Of a stretch of DNA of 25,693 nt, positions 1-8,848 are shown piece by piece. The notes below the pieces were generated by a model. It was not told the DNA's origin and ran no database searches. It saw nothing but the letters and a program-made list of their open reading frames with translations. Position numbers and translations under genes: made by a program. Positions within the stretch are counted from its first letter, which is position 1; the number at the start of each line of letters is the position of its first letter. The DNA is from Nitrospinota bacterium (lineage in GTDB: Bacteria; UBA8248): assembly GCA_046581755.1 (NCBI GenBank), contig JAYGFR010000183.1, positions 1 through 25,693 on the forward strand, in the 5' to 3' direction.

Positions 1-19
1 GACAGAGGAGGAATCGTTG

Positions 20-472
20 ATGGCAGAGCGCCCCAAAGAAATGGATGATTTTTTGTGCGAACCTCGTGTGGGGCGGTTTGGGTCCGTGAATGCAGATGGC
101 TCCCCCCATGTTGTTCCGTTCGTATTTCTTTTTGATCCCGAGGAGGGGACTTTTTTCGTCAGCACAAAGGCGGCCTCGGTGACGACCCGCAACCTGAGGC
201 GCAACTCTGCCGTTTCTGTTTGCGTGGATGATGGCGAATATCCCTTTCGGGCGGTGGTGGTCGATGGGGAGGCGCAGGTTTCCGAACCCACGGGAACCGA
301 CCACGAGGCCCAAAAGAAACTCGTTGACCATTTCTACGGTCCCGATATGTGGGCGGAATGGGTGACCACGCCCCGGGCCCGGGAGATTCGAATCCGACTC
401 ACTGTGGTGCCGAAAAAATGGACATGGTGGGACCAGCGGCGAAAACTCAAGGGCTCCGTCAGTATCGACTAA
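20..472 (+). CDS. Pyridoxamine 5'-phosphate oxidase-like (PPOX/split-barrel) flavin- or F420-binding protein
   Basis: 150-aa ORF with RBS GAGGAGG before ATG 20. Motifs VNADGSPHVVP, TRNLRRNSAVSVCVDD and RAVVVDGEA are typical of the family. Confidence 0.85.
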   Translation: MAERPKEMDDFLCEPRVGRFGSVNADGSPHVVPFVFLFDPEEGTFFVSTKAASVTTRNLRRNSAVSVCVDDGEYPFRAVVVDGEAQVSEPTGTDHEAQKKLVDHFYGPDMWAEWVTTPRAREIRIRLTVVPKKWTWWDQRRKLKGSVSID

Positions 473-487
473 AGGGGCAGAACCAGA

Positions 488-683
488 TGTAGGTGGCGAA
501 TTAGCAATTCGCCATGTACAGCCTTCGCGCTGCCAGGCGTGAGCACCTTGGCAATTGTGGCCAGGATGTGGGCGAAAACAACGAATAGATTCTCCATGGC
601 GGGCGAGGTTAGGTGAGCTCGCTCCCAAGAGCAAGGCGAGGAATTGCTTGATTTCAGGTAGAATTACTAATTCGCCATGCACA
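488..683 (-). mobile_element. Internally deleted (MITE-like) derivative of an integrase-core/DDE transposon, copy 1
   Basis: Imperfect terminal inverted repeats TGTAGGTGGCGAATTAGCAATTC (488) and TGTGCATGGCGAATTAGTAATTC (reverse strand from 683), 19/23 match. Carries a truncated ORF start MENLFVVFAHILATIAK (ATG 597). Bases 521-686 are ~89% identical to 4773-4938 by manual alignment. Confidence 0.7.
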
Positions 684-685
684 GG

Positions 686-3028
686 TTACCCCCGGTTCCG
701 GGCAGGAGCCGCACTGGAACGGATGGCCTTGAATACCGATTCCGGGGTGAGAGGCAGGCGGTTCAGGTATGGGTTCCCCGGATCGCGGATGGCATCGGCG
801 ATCGCGTTCGCCACCGCCGGCGCCGTCGGGATGAGGGGGACCTCTCCCGCCCCCTTTGCTCCATAGGGGCCCTCCGTATCCGTGCACTCCACGATGAGAT
901 TCACCACATCCACCGAATCCAGGCTGGTGGGAACGTGCATGTTCTCGAATCATGCATTCAGGAGATGGCCACCCTCATGCGGCAGCTCCTCGGCCAAGGC
1001 GAATCCCAATCCCTGAGCGATGCCCCCCTCGATTTGACCCGACAGGGAAAGGGGGTTTATGGCGAACCCTACATCCTGGGCGCTGACGATTCGGACTACC
1101 CGGACTTCTCCCGTTTCCATGTTGACATCGACCTCCGCCACTTGGGTGGCGAATTCGGGGCCCGGTCGGGAGGGCTCGGGATGGCCTTCCACATTCGCCG
1201 GGTCATGGGGCGGGTTGACCCCCCGGTACGCGCCCCGGCCCGTTGGCGGCCCCTCGCCCGACCAGACCGCGGCGTTCGCCGCCTCGGCCAGACCAACCGA
1301 GCGCCCGGGTGCCCCCCGGACGGCAATGCGCCCACTGGTGATTTCGAGATCCTCGGGAGAGGTTTCCAGCATGCTCGCAGCCTGATCCAATATTTGATCA
1401 CGAGCGTCCTCCGCCGCCCGGCGCACAGCGTGGCACATATTAAATGTAGTGCGGCTTCCTGCCGAGATAGCATCGAATGGGGTCGTTTCCGTGTCCGCGA
1501 TGCGGACATGGACCGCGTTTATCTCGGCCCCAAGCACCTCGGCCGCCACCTGGGCGATGAGCGTGGCCGCTCCGGTGCCCAGGTCCGAGCAGCCGGCTAA
1601 AACGGCGATGCCGCCGTCCTCGTTTACCTTGACCACTGCCCCCGATGCCCCTCCGCCGGTGGGGTAGCGGGCGCAGGCGATTCCGAATCCCCGGCGAATT
1701 ATATCGGGACCTGGGCCGCGCGGTTCCCCCGCCGATTTATCCCGCTGCTGCCAATCGATGGCCTCCGAAGCGCGTTCCAAGGTTTCGCGAAGACTCACGC
1801 TTTGAATCCGCGTTCCGGCGGGATCGGTATCGCCCTCCCGCATGGCGTTCATGAGGCGCAGTTCCAATGGATCGATATTCAGTTTATGCGCGATTTGATC
1901 CATATGGCGCTCGCAGGCGAATGCGACCTGGGGAACTCCCAGCCCCCGGTAGGAGCCGCTCGGGGGGAGGTTCGTGTAGACGAGAAAAGATTCAATCTCT
2001 GTATGCTCGATGCGGTAAGGCCCCGTGCAAGTGTAGGAGGATTTTCCCAGAACGGCAGGCCCCGACATGCAGTAGGCGCCATTGTTCGAAACCAACCGCA
2101 CCTGCCGGGCGATAAGGCGGCCGTCGTTGTTTACCCCGGAGCGGAAGTGCATCGAGTAGGCGTGTCGGGGGTTTCCGGTGAGGGTATCCTCCTCGCGGGT
2201 CAGCGTCAGCCGCACGGAGCGGCCCGTCTTCCGGCTGAGGAGAACCGCCACCGCCTCAATCAAGTGCTGGGATTTGCCGCCGAAGGCGCCGCCCACATGG
2301 GTGCAAATGACGCGCACCGCATTCAAAGGGATTTTGAGGATCTCCGCCGTGAGGGCGCGGACGACGAAGGCAGCCTGGGTGGGCGTGCGAACTATGGTGA
2401 TTCCGTTTTCCGTTGGTTCGGCGACGACGGCCCGCGGCTCCAGATAGCCTTGATGGACGCGGGGGGTATGGTAGGTGTCCTCGATGATGTGGTCGGCTTG
2501 GGAGAATCCCCGCTCCACGTCTCCAGAGTGAACCCGAATCCGGGCCGCCACGTTGCCGTAGCGGATGCTCCCTGGAAACGCGGGATAAGATTCCAGTTCC
2601 TCGTGAATGAGAACAGCCCCTTCGGCCATCGCTTCTTCTGGGGTCAGCAGAACGGGAAGCGGTTCATATTCCACTCGAATGCGCGAGATGGCTTCTCGCG
2701 CGGCATCATGGTTTTTGGCCGCCACGGCGGCAATTCGCTCACCCGCATAGCGAACCCGGCCTGATGCGAACAGGGTTTCGTCCCGGATCATACGGCCGTA
2801 GCGCCCCCCCGGCACATCCCCGGCTGAAACCACGGCCAGAACTCCGGGGACTTTCCGGGCGCGAGAGAGATCGAGATTGCGGATACGGGCGTGTGGATAA
2901 GGGCTCAGGAGAAGATGCGCCACCAGGCAGCCCTCCGGGCGCCAATCCTCGCCAAAGCGCGCTTCTCCCGCCACCTGTTCGGCCGAGTCGATTCTGGGAA
3001 TTGGTTTTCCGACGATGCGATATGCCAT
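686..3028 (-). pseudogene. Xanthine dehydrogenase-family molybdopterin-binding (large) subunit interrupted by one in-frame TGA at 950-952 (pseudogene, recoding or sequence error)
   Basis: Motifs VGKPIPRID, QGYLEP, VGGAFGGK, YRGLGVPQ, SAGSRTT and QIEGG lie upstream of the stop. The same frame continues FENMHVPTS...GAKGAGEVP...AVANAI to TAA at 686. Confidence 0.85.
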
Positions 3029-3044
3029 GGTTTTTTCATTTCCA

Positions 3045-3196
3045 AGAGACTGCTGAAAAAGTCCCAAAGTGAGCTTCTCCGGACCGATAAAATATCCAAT
3101 AGCAGCAAATTATATAGAAAAGCTTCTATTATGATATGATTTTGGGGGGAATATCTCTTGCCGAATGCCTCCTAGAATAGTTTTTCAGCGGTCTCT
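3045..3196. mobile_element. ~152-bp MITE with IS1182/IS5-type ends
   Basis: AGAGACTGCTGAAAAA (3045) and TTTTTCAGCGGTCTCT (3181-3196) are inverted repeats (15/16). The left end matches the IS end at 21894-21915 at 21/22 positions. Confidence 0.7.
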
Positions 3197-3479
3197 CTAA
3201 TTATCTAAGTAACGGTTACCGAAAAATATAACTCTTTTACGCTTGGCTTAAAACCGGGCGTGGGGCGGCGGGGTAGAAAAAAATCGCCTATTTAAACATA
3301 CTTGGATCACAAAAGGATGCCCGGCAGAGCGAAAACGCTCGGATTCGCGAAATTGTTCTTTATGAAGCTTGAATTTGGCAGTTCCGTAAGGAAGGCCAGC
3401 CGTTGCCCTATAGAGCATACTTAAAGTAGGTTGGTTGCGGAAAATCGCCACTTTTTTTCCATCTATTCCGGGAGGTTCC

Positions 3480-4418
3480 ATGCGCCAGGATCTGCAGCTT
3501 CTCCAGGGAGCGATAGATACCCACAGCCACACCTCGCCCAGCCTCTTCCCGCGGGTATGCGATAACGTGGAGTATGCTCGTGCCGCCGCCGCAGCCGGTA
3601 TGCGTGCGGTGGTGTTCAAGTTCCACCACGGCGACACTTCGGGGCGCATCCCGATAGTCCGCCAAATCGTGGGGGATGAGATCGAGGTCTATGGCGGGAT
3701 CACTCTGAACAACCCCGTGGGCGGGTTCAATCCATTCGCCGTGGACACCGCCATCCGCATGGGGGCTAAGATAGTCTGGATGCCCACACTGAGCGCGAAG
3801 AACCATCTCGAAAAGCTCGGTGCCCCGCATTTTCCAGGCCAAAAGCAGGTGGGCAAGGTCCGCCTCCAGGAAAAGCCCCTGACCATCTTCGCCGATGATA
3901 AGCGGCGAAAAATTCTCCCCGAGGTCCGCACCATCTGCCGCCTCATCGCCGGAGCCGGCATCTGCCTCAGCACAGGCCATCTCGACCCCGGCGAGGTCCG
4001 TGCCCTCATCAAATTGGCCAAAAACGAGGGGGTGAAAAACATCATCGTCCAACACCCCGAATACATCGTGGACGCCACCATCGAAGAGCAAATCGAGTTC
4101 GCTCGCATGGGCGCCTTCATCGAACACCTGGCAATTTTTTGCTTTACCCACTGGGGGGCCTATCCCACAAAGAAGGACGGCCCGCCCAATTCGGTGATAG
4201 AGCAGGTGAAGATGATTCGGGCGGTCGGGCCGGGGCGAACCATTCTGGCCACCGACCTGGGGCAAATTCACAACTCCCCGCCCTGGGAAGGGCTCCGCGT
4301 GTTCATCCAGCTCCTGCTCGAACACAGTATCAAGCCCGCCGAGATCGACGCAATGATCCGCCGGAACCCGGCAAAGATACTCGGCCTTCGGGCCGCTCCC
4401 AGAAAAAAATCGAAATAG
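3480..4418 (+). CDS. DUF6282-like amidohydrolase-superfamily (TIM-barrel) metalloprotein
   Basis: RBS GGAGG before ATG 3480. Motifs GAIDTHSH, KFHH, GGITLN, VWMPT, TGHL, QHPE and TDLGQ. Confidence 0.8.
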   Translation: MRQDLQLLQGAIDTHSHTSPSLFPRVCDNVEYARAAAAAGMRAVVFKFHHGDTSGRIPIVRQIVGDEIEVYGGITLNNPVGGFNPFAVDTAIRMGAKIVWMPTLSAKNHLEKLGAPHFPGQKQVGKVRLQEKPLTIFADDKRRKILPEVRTICRLIAGAGICLSTGHLDPGEVRALIKLAKNEGVKNIIVQHPEYIVDATIEEQIEFARMGAFIEHLAIFCFTHWGAYPTKKDGPPNSVIEQVKMIRAVGPGRTILATDLGQIHNSPPWEGLRVFIQLLLEHSIKPAEIDAMIRRNPAKILGLRAAPRKKSK

Positions 4419-4584
4419 TCGGGAAGAGACGGAGGATGCCCCGCCGTCGCACGGGATTCCGCATCCAGGCTTCCTGTGCATGGCGATTCCTAATTAAGCG
4501 GCCTTGAGTGTATGAAACAGACATCGACTAAGTGAATTCCACGTATAATTTCCCTAGCCTGTGTGCTCCGCAAAAATTAGATCC

Positions 4585-4935
4585 TGTGGGTGGTGAATTG
4601 TTAACTATGCGAAGATGGGAGCACAGCCAACCGCGATGTGCGCCTTGGGCCAAGAAGGGTAGCTAAAAATCCGATAAAGAGTCGATCCTGGGGTGTGAGA
4701 TTGGGTACCCGTAGCCGGGATCGGTTGATGACGAGAAGTTGCTGCTTTAAGAGGAGGTTTTCGGAGACGAGAGCCTTTGCACCGCCAAGCATGAGCAGTT
4801 TGGCAATCGTGGCCAGGATGTGGGCGAAAACAACGAATAGATTCTCCATGGCGAGTGAGGTTAGGTGAGCTCACGCCCAAGAACAAGGAGAGGAAATGGT
4901 TGATTTCAGGTAGAATTACTAAATCGCCTTGCACA
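4585..4935 (-). mobile_element. Internally deleted integrase-core/DDE transposon derivative, copy 2, with a truncated transposase N-terminus (4601-4849)
   Basis: Ends are TGTGGGTGGTGAATT (4585) and TGTGCAAGGCGATTT (reverse strand from 4935), flanked by CC/GG. The ORF MENLFVVFAHILATIAKLL..ENLLLKQQLLVINRSR..PNL resembles the N-terminus of integrase-core-domain transposases. A further end-like sequence CCTGTGCATGGCGATT lies at 4473. Confidence 0.75.
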
Positions 4936-5167
4936 GGTGCTTTACTGCCAGATTGGACCCGTATCTGGAAAACCGCATTCATTCCATGAATTTCCTAAGA
5001 ACATCATCGTGGGCCCGGTTCGTGCTGTGAATTCGGTCGGCGCCTGCGAACTTTTGCCATTCAATCCATGTCGAAATTGGGAGTGAAGATTCGATGGACC
5101 AGGACAAGGAACTTGAAATTCGGTTGGGTTTTTGGATAGGACGCTCGCCGCCGGGAGCGAATACCGG

Positions 5168-6160
5168 CTAGGCGGAAATCCCGAACAAGCGCGCGGCATT
5201 TTGCCCCTTGATGGCATCGCGCGCTTCCTCGTCCAATCCCGGAACTCGGTCGATGAAACTCACCGGGTCGCGCTCCGCGATGCCGAACGGATGGTCGGTT
5301 CCCAGAAAAATACGGTCCGTGCCCACAACCTCCGAGATGTAGCGGAGGGCCTTCGGGTCGTAGGTGATCGAATCGTAGTAGAGGCGGGGGAGGTAGGCCG
5401 AGAGCGGCTCGGCCGAGGTTCCCTGCGCCTGCCGGATATACTGCCGCCCGTGGTCGAAGCGTCCCTGGGTGAAAATGATCTGCCCGCCGCCGTGGGCGAG
5501 GACAATCCGAAGATTCGGATGGCGATCCAACACGCCGCCGAATATCAGGCGCGCCGTCGCCATCGTAGTCTCGGTTAGGAATCCGATCAGGTTAAACAGG
5601 TAGAAATCGTCCAGCCGCTCCCGGGCCGGAGGTTTAATCGGATGGATGAATACGGGAAGATCTCGACGCTCCACTTCGGCCCAAAACGGTTCCAGGTCCG
5701 GATGGTCCAGCTCCCGATCCCCGGCGCTGGCTCCAATTTCGATGGCTCCCATCCCGAGGTCGCCGCAGGCGCGGCTCAACTCCTCGAGGGCGAGGGCCGT
5801 GTCCTGCATAGGGAGGCTCGCCATCGCGGTGAACTGGCCGGGGTGCGTCCGGACCGCCTCGGCGATGGCCTCGTTCGTCATCTGCGCCATCGCATGGCCG
5901 AGTCGCCGGTCGCGATCATAGAACAAGAGCAGGGGAACCGCCGAGATCACCTGGTGATCGACGCCCATGCTGCTCATCTCGACAAGACGTGCGTCGATAT
6001 CGTAGAAAGCGCGCGGAAATGGAAGAAAGCGGCCATCCACATAGATGGCGTCGGGGTCATCTTTGCCGCCCCTGAATTCCATCTTCCAGCGGTTGACGCC
6101 CCTTTTGATTTCCTCGACGAATTCCCGGGGAGCGAGATGCGCATGCATGTCAATATTCAA
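5168..6160 (-). CDS. Amidohydrolase-2 family protein, ACMSD/aromatic-acid decarboxylase-like
   Basis: TTG start with AAGGA RBS. Metal-binding motifs IDMHAH, FIHP, LAHGGG and GTDHPF. Starts 29 bp downstream of the UbiD gene. Confidence 0.85.
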   Translation of the reverse strand: MNIDMHAHLAPREFVEEIKRGVNRWKMEFRGGKDDPDAIYVDGRFLPFPRAFYDIDARLVEMSSMGVDHQVISAVPLLLFYDRDRRLGHAMAQMTNEAIAEAVRTHPGQFTAMASLPMQDTALALEELSRACGDLGMGAIEIGASAGDRELDHPDLEPFWAEVERRDLPVFIHPIKPPARERLDDFYLFNLIGFLTETTMATARLIFGGVLDRHPNLRIVLAHGGGQIIFTQGRFDHGRQYIRQAQGTSAEPLSAYLPRLYYDSITYDPKALRYISEVVGTDRIFLGTDHPFGIAERDPVSFIDRVPGLDEEARDAIKGQNAARLFGISA

Positions 6161-6189
6161 AACAAGTTCCTTTTATGAATGATCGCCTC

Positions 6190-7788
6190 TCACTCGTCCT
6201 TGCCTTTGGGGGGTGCGGCGGCGAATGGAGAGCCGGCCAGGCAGTGCCGGCCTTCGGCGTCCTGCCATATCTCGCCCCGGAGATGGAGATCCCCGAGAGC
6301 GCGGCTGACGGACTGAAAGGATTCGGACGAAAATTTCTCCGCCAATTCCGCGAAGTAGAGCGGTTCTTTTTCGATGGTCTCCCGGATGAATTCGGCCAGT
6401 GCTGCGATATCGGCTTCCGCCTCCTCCAGGGCGCTGCCGCGCTCATCCTCACCCAGATAGTCCGCGAGCTTTACTTGGTCTGCATACGCATAGGAAATCC
6501 GGTGATAGCGCTCGCTGGGGACATTTTCGGGAATGGTGGCGTCGATGCCGCACTTGGCCGTTGTCGGAACCCGGTCCACGAGCGGTTCGAGACTCGGATC
6601 GAGGGGCTTGCTCCGGGCGTCGGGAATCACGATGACATCGCGGTCGGCCTGGACACAGGTCGCGATGGCCCACTCCACGTCCATGCCGTCGAATACGTCG
6701 ATATTCTCGTCCACGATGACGACGTGCTTCATGTCGGCGACGGAAAGGGCCGCCATGATGGCGTTTTTTCCGTCGCCCGCTTGCTTGCGAATCCCGATAA
6801 CGGCATGCCAGTGGCAACAGCCTCCCGGGGTCACGTTGATCGCCCGCACCTGGATGCCGGCTTCCTTGAGAATTCGGCGGAGGGCGGCCTCGTAGATGGG
6901 AGCGCTGATCCAGATATTCTCCCAGGGCATATGCAGGCCGTAGTATATGGCGTCTTTTCGCATCGAGACTGCCTTGATTCGCACATGGGGGTTCCAGTGA
7001 AGACCCCCCATCAGGCGGGTGAATTCGCCGAACCGCCCCTCCGGCTTGGTCCAGCCGGTGGGAAGAATCTCCGCCTCGAGGACGATCTCCGAATCGGCGA
7101 TGCAGGGCACGTCCACCGACTTGCAGGGGGCGAGGCGGACTGCCTCTCCCCGGATGCCTCCCGCGATTCCCATCTCGTTTGTCCCGATGGGCGCCTTGTA
7201 GAGGGATGCGATCAGTTCGATGGGATGGGTTCCGATGTTGATGGAAATGGGAAGCGGCCTGTTCTCGGCCAGCGCTCGCTCGGCGTATCTCCGCAGGTTG
7301 TTGGGGGTGACGATATCGATTCCGGTCAGGTTTTTTTCTTTGACCTGGAACCTGTAGGTTCCCGCATTGAGCCCGAACTCGGGGTCCTGGGCGAGGGTGA
7401 CGCCGGCGGTGATCATGGGGCCGCCGTCGAATATGGAAAATAGGGGAACCGGAAGATGAAACAGGTCCACGTCGCCACCTTCCCGGAATATCTCCCGATG
7501 GGCGCCCCCTTCGATGAATTCCGGCTCCACCGGTTCGCTCAGGCCGCGCCGCACCAATGATTCGCACGCATCGAATTCGCAACCCATGGCTAGGGCGATG
7601 CGGTTCCGGCTGTTGGTAAGGCCCGACAATACCGGCATCTCGTATCCGGCGACGTTGTGAAAGAGCAGGGCCTTGTCGGCCTTGTCCACCAGGGTGGCGA
7701 TATGGCGGATATCCACGGGCTTTTGAATGTCGAGGAGCTCGCCCGCTTCCCGCAGCTTATCGAGTAGAGATCGAAAATTGGCCGGCAT
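6190..7788 (-). CDS. UbiD-family prFMN-dependent decarboxylase with a ~80-aa C-terminal extension
   Basis: RBS GGAGGAGG before ATG 7788. Motifs DGGPMIT, GTYR, EGRFGEF, VIVDENID and KCGIDAT. Confidence 0.92.
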   Translation of the reverse strand: MPANFRSLLDKLREAGELLDIQKPVDIRHIATLVDKADKALLFHNVAGYEMPVLSGLTNSRNRIALAMGCEFDACESLVRRGLSEPVEPEFIEGGAHREIFREGGDVDLFHLPVPLFSIFDGGPMITAGVTLAQDPEFGLNAGTYRFQVKEKNLTGIDIVTPNNLRRYAERALAENRPLPISINIGTHPIELIASLYKAPIGTNEMGIAGGIRGEAVRLAPCKSVDVPCIADSEIVLEAEILPTGWTKPEGRFGEFTRLMGGLHWNPHVRIKAVSMRKDAIYYGLHMPWENIWISAPIYEAALRRILKEAGIQVRAINVTPGGCCHWHAVIGIRKQAGDGKNAIMAALSVADMKHVVIVDENIDVFDGMDVEWAIATCVQADRDVIVIPDARSKPLDPSLEPLVDRVPTTAKCGIDATIPENVPSERYHRISYAYADQVKLADYLGEDERGSALEEAEADIAALAEFIRETIEKEPLYFAELAEKFSSESFQSVSRALGDLHLRGEIWQDAEGRHCLAGSPFAAAPPKGKDE

Positions 7789-8164
7789 GAATTCCTCCTC
7801 CGTCCGGCAGTGCGATCCCCCTGACCGGAATGAGAACAAAATGACGGGAGGGGCCGGTGAAGCCCCGTCCCAGTGAAACCCTCGTTTCGTTTTCCTGGCT
7901 GAATTTTTACTGTATCATCCTCCGGAATCGGACAACAATCTTGTATGGATGATCCTTTCGGTGAAAAAAGGGGCGGTCTGAACTCTCGGAGGTCGCTGTC
8001 CACCGGGAAACTGCGCGCAGGAGAGCGGCCCGGACGGGGGGCGGATTCCCCGCGCCGCCCCATGGCGCAGTTTCTTCATTCGCCCGTGGCTTGGTATTGT
8101 CATGGTCCTTGAAATACCGAATTTGATTCCGAAGCGGTTTGCCGTGAAATGGAATTGGAGGCCG

Positions 8165-8833
8165 ATGGTGGCGGGCGAGACCATTTTATTTTCCGAAATG
8201 ACCCCCGGGCCGGGTTGGGAGGATGAATTCAACGCCTGGTACGATTCCGAGCATATCCCTCTGCGGATGGCGGTCCCGGGGTTCCGGGGCGCGCAGCGCT
8301 ATCGCCGGAAAGAGGATTCGAAATACCTGGCCGTTTACGAAATGGACTCCCAGGAGGTATTGCTCACCGAGGCCTACCGCCGGGTCAAAGAGGAGCCCAG
8401 CGCGCTGACCCGGAGGATGCTGTCCTCGGTTTCTGGATTTTCGCGCTACATCGCCAATCAAACCGGTGTCCAGCGGCGGGCCGATCTGTCCGGCGACCCG
8501 CTCGAGGCGCCCGTTTTGTATGCGCTTTTTTCCCAGGTCCCCGAAAACTGCCGTGCCGAGTTCGAGGACTGGTACGCTGGCGAGCATGTCCCGGCCCTTT
8601 TGAAGAACGAAAGCTGGCTGATGTGCCGCCAGTTTTCGGTGGCCGTTTGCGAGCCCTGGGAGGTGACCCATCTCGGCCTGCACTACTTGCGCGATGAAAA
8701 CGCCCTGGCCAGCCCGGAGCGCGAAGAGGCTCTGACGTCCGAGTGGCGGACGCGCCTATCCGGGGAATCTTGGTTTGAGGAAAAGGAATTGGTTTTCGAG
8801 CGGATGGGAGCAGGATTCCATCCGAAAACCTGA
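8165..8833 (+). CDS. Tandem EthD/DUF4286-like dimeric alpha-beta barrel protein
   Basis: Two repeats of F-x-x-WY-x-x-EH-x-P (FNAWYDSEHIP, FEDWYAGEHVP), plus VPGF and YLAVYE. RBS GGAGG; start at 8165 or 8168. Confidence 0.75.
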   Translation: MVAGETILFSEMTPGPGWEDEFNAWYDSEHIPLRMAVPGFRGAQRYRRKEDSKYLAVYEMDSQEVLLTEAYRRVKEEPSALTRRMLSSVSGFSRYIANQTGVQRRADLSGDPLEAPVLYALFSQVPENCRAEFEDWYAGEHVPALLKNESWLMCRQFSVAVCEPWEVTHLGLHYLRDENALASPEREEALTSEWRTRLSGESWFEEKELVFERMGAGFHPKT

Positions 8834-8848
8834 TTCCGCGGAGGAGCA

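Noticed and set aside
950..952. Alternative genetic code (TGA read as Trp or Gly)
   Set aside because: Several intact genes in the window terminate at TGA at their expected ends (e.g. 8833, 10075, 25521).
677..2764. Long plus-strand ORFs (307 and 320 aa) opposite the Mo-subunit gene, and similar long antisense or alternate-frame ORFs elsewhere (e.g. 6175-7443, 9137-10057, 10529-12163, 16347-17381)
   Set aside because: Shadow ORFs expected in GC-rich coding DNA; they have no recognisable motifs and overlap well-supported genes.
3206..4560. Two CTAAGT-initiated AT-rich motifs flanking the DUF6282 gene (about 3206 and 4528) as possible IS ends
   Set aside because: The similarity is limited to ~6 bp and no partner inverted ends were found.
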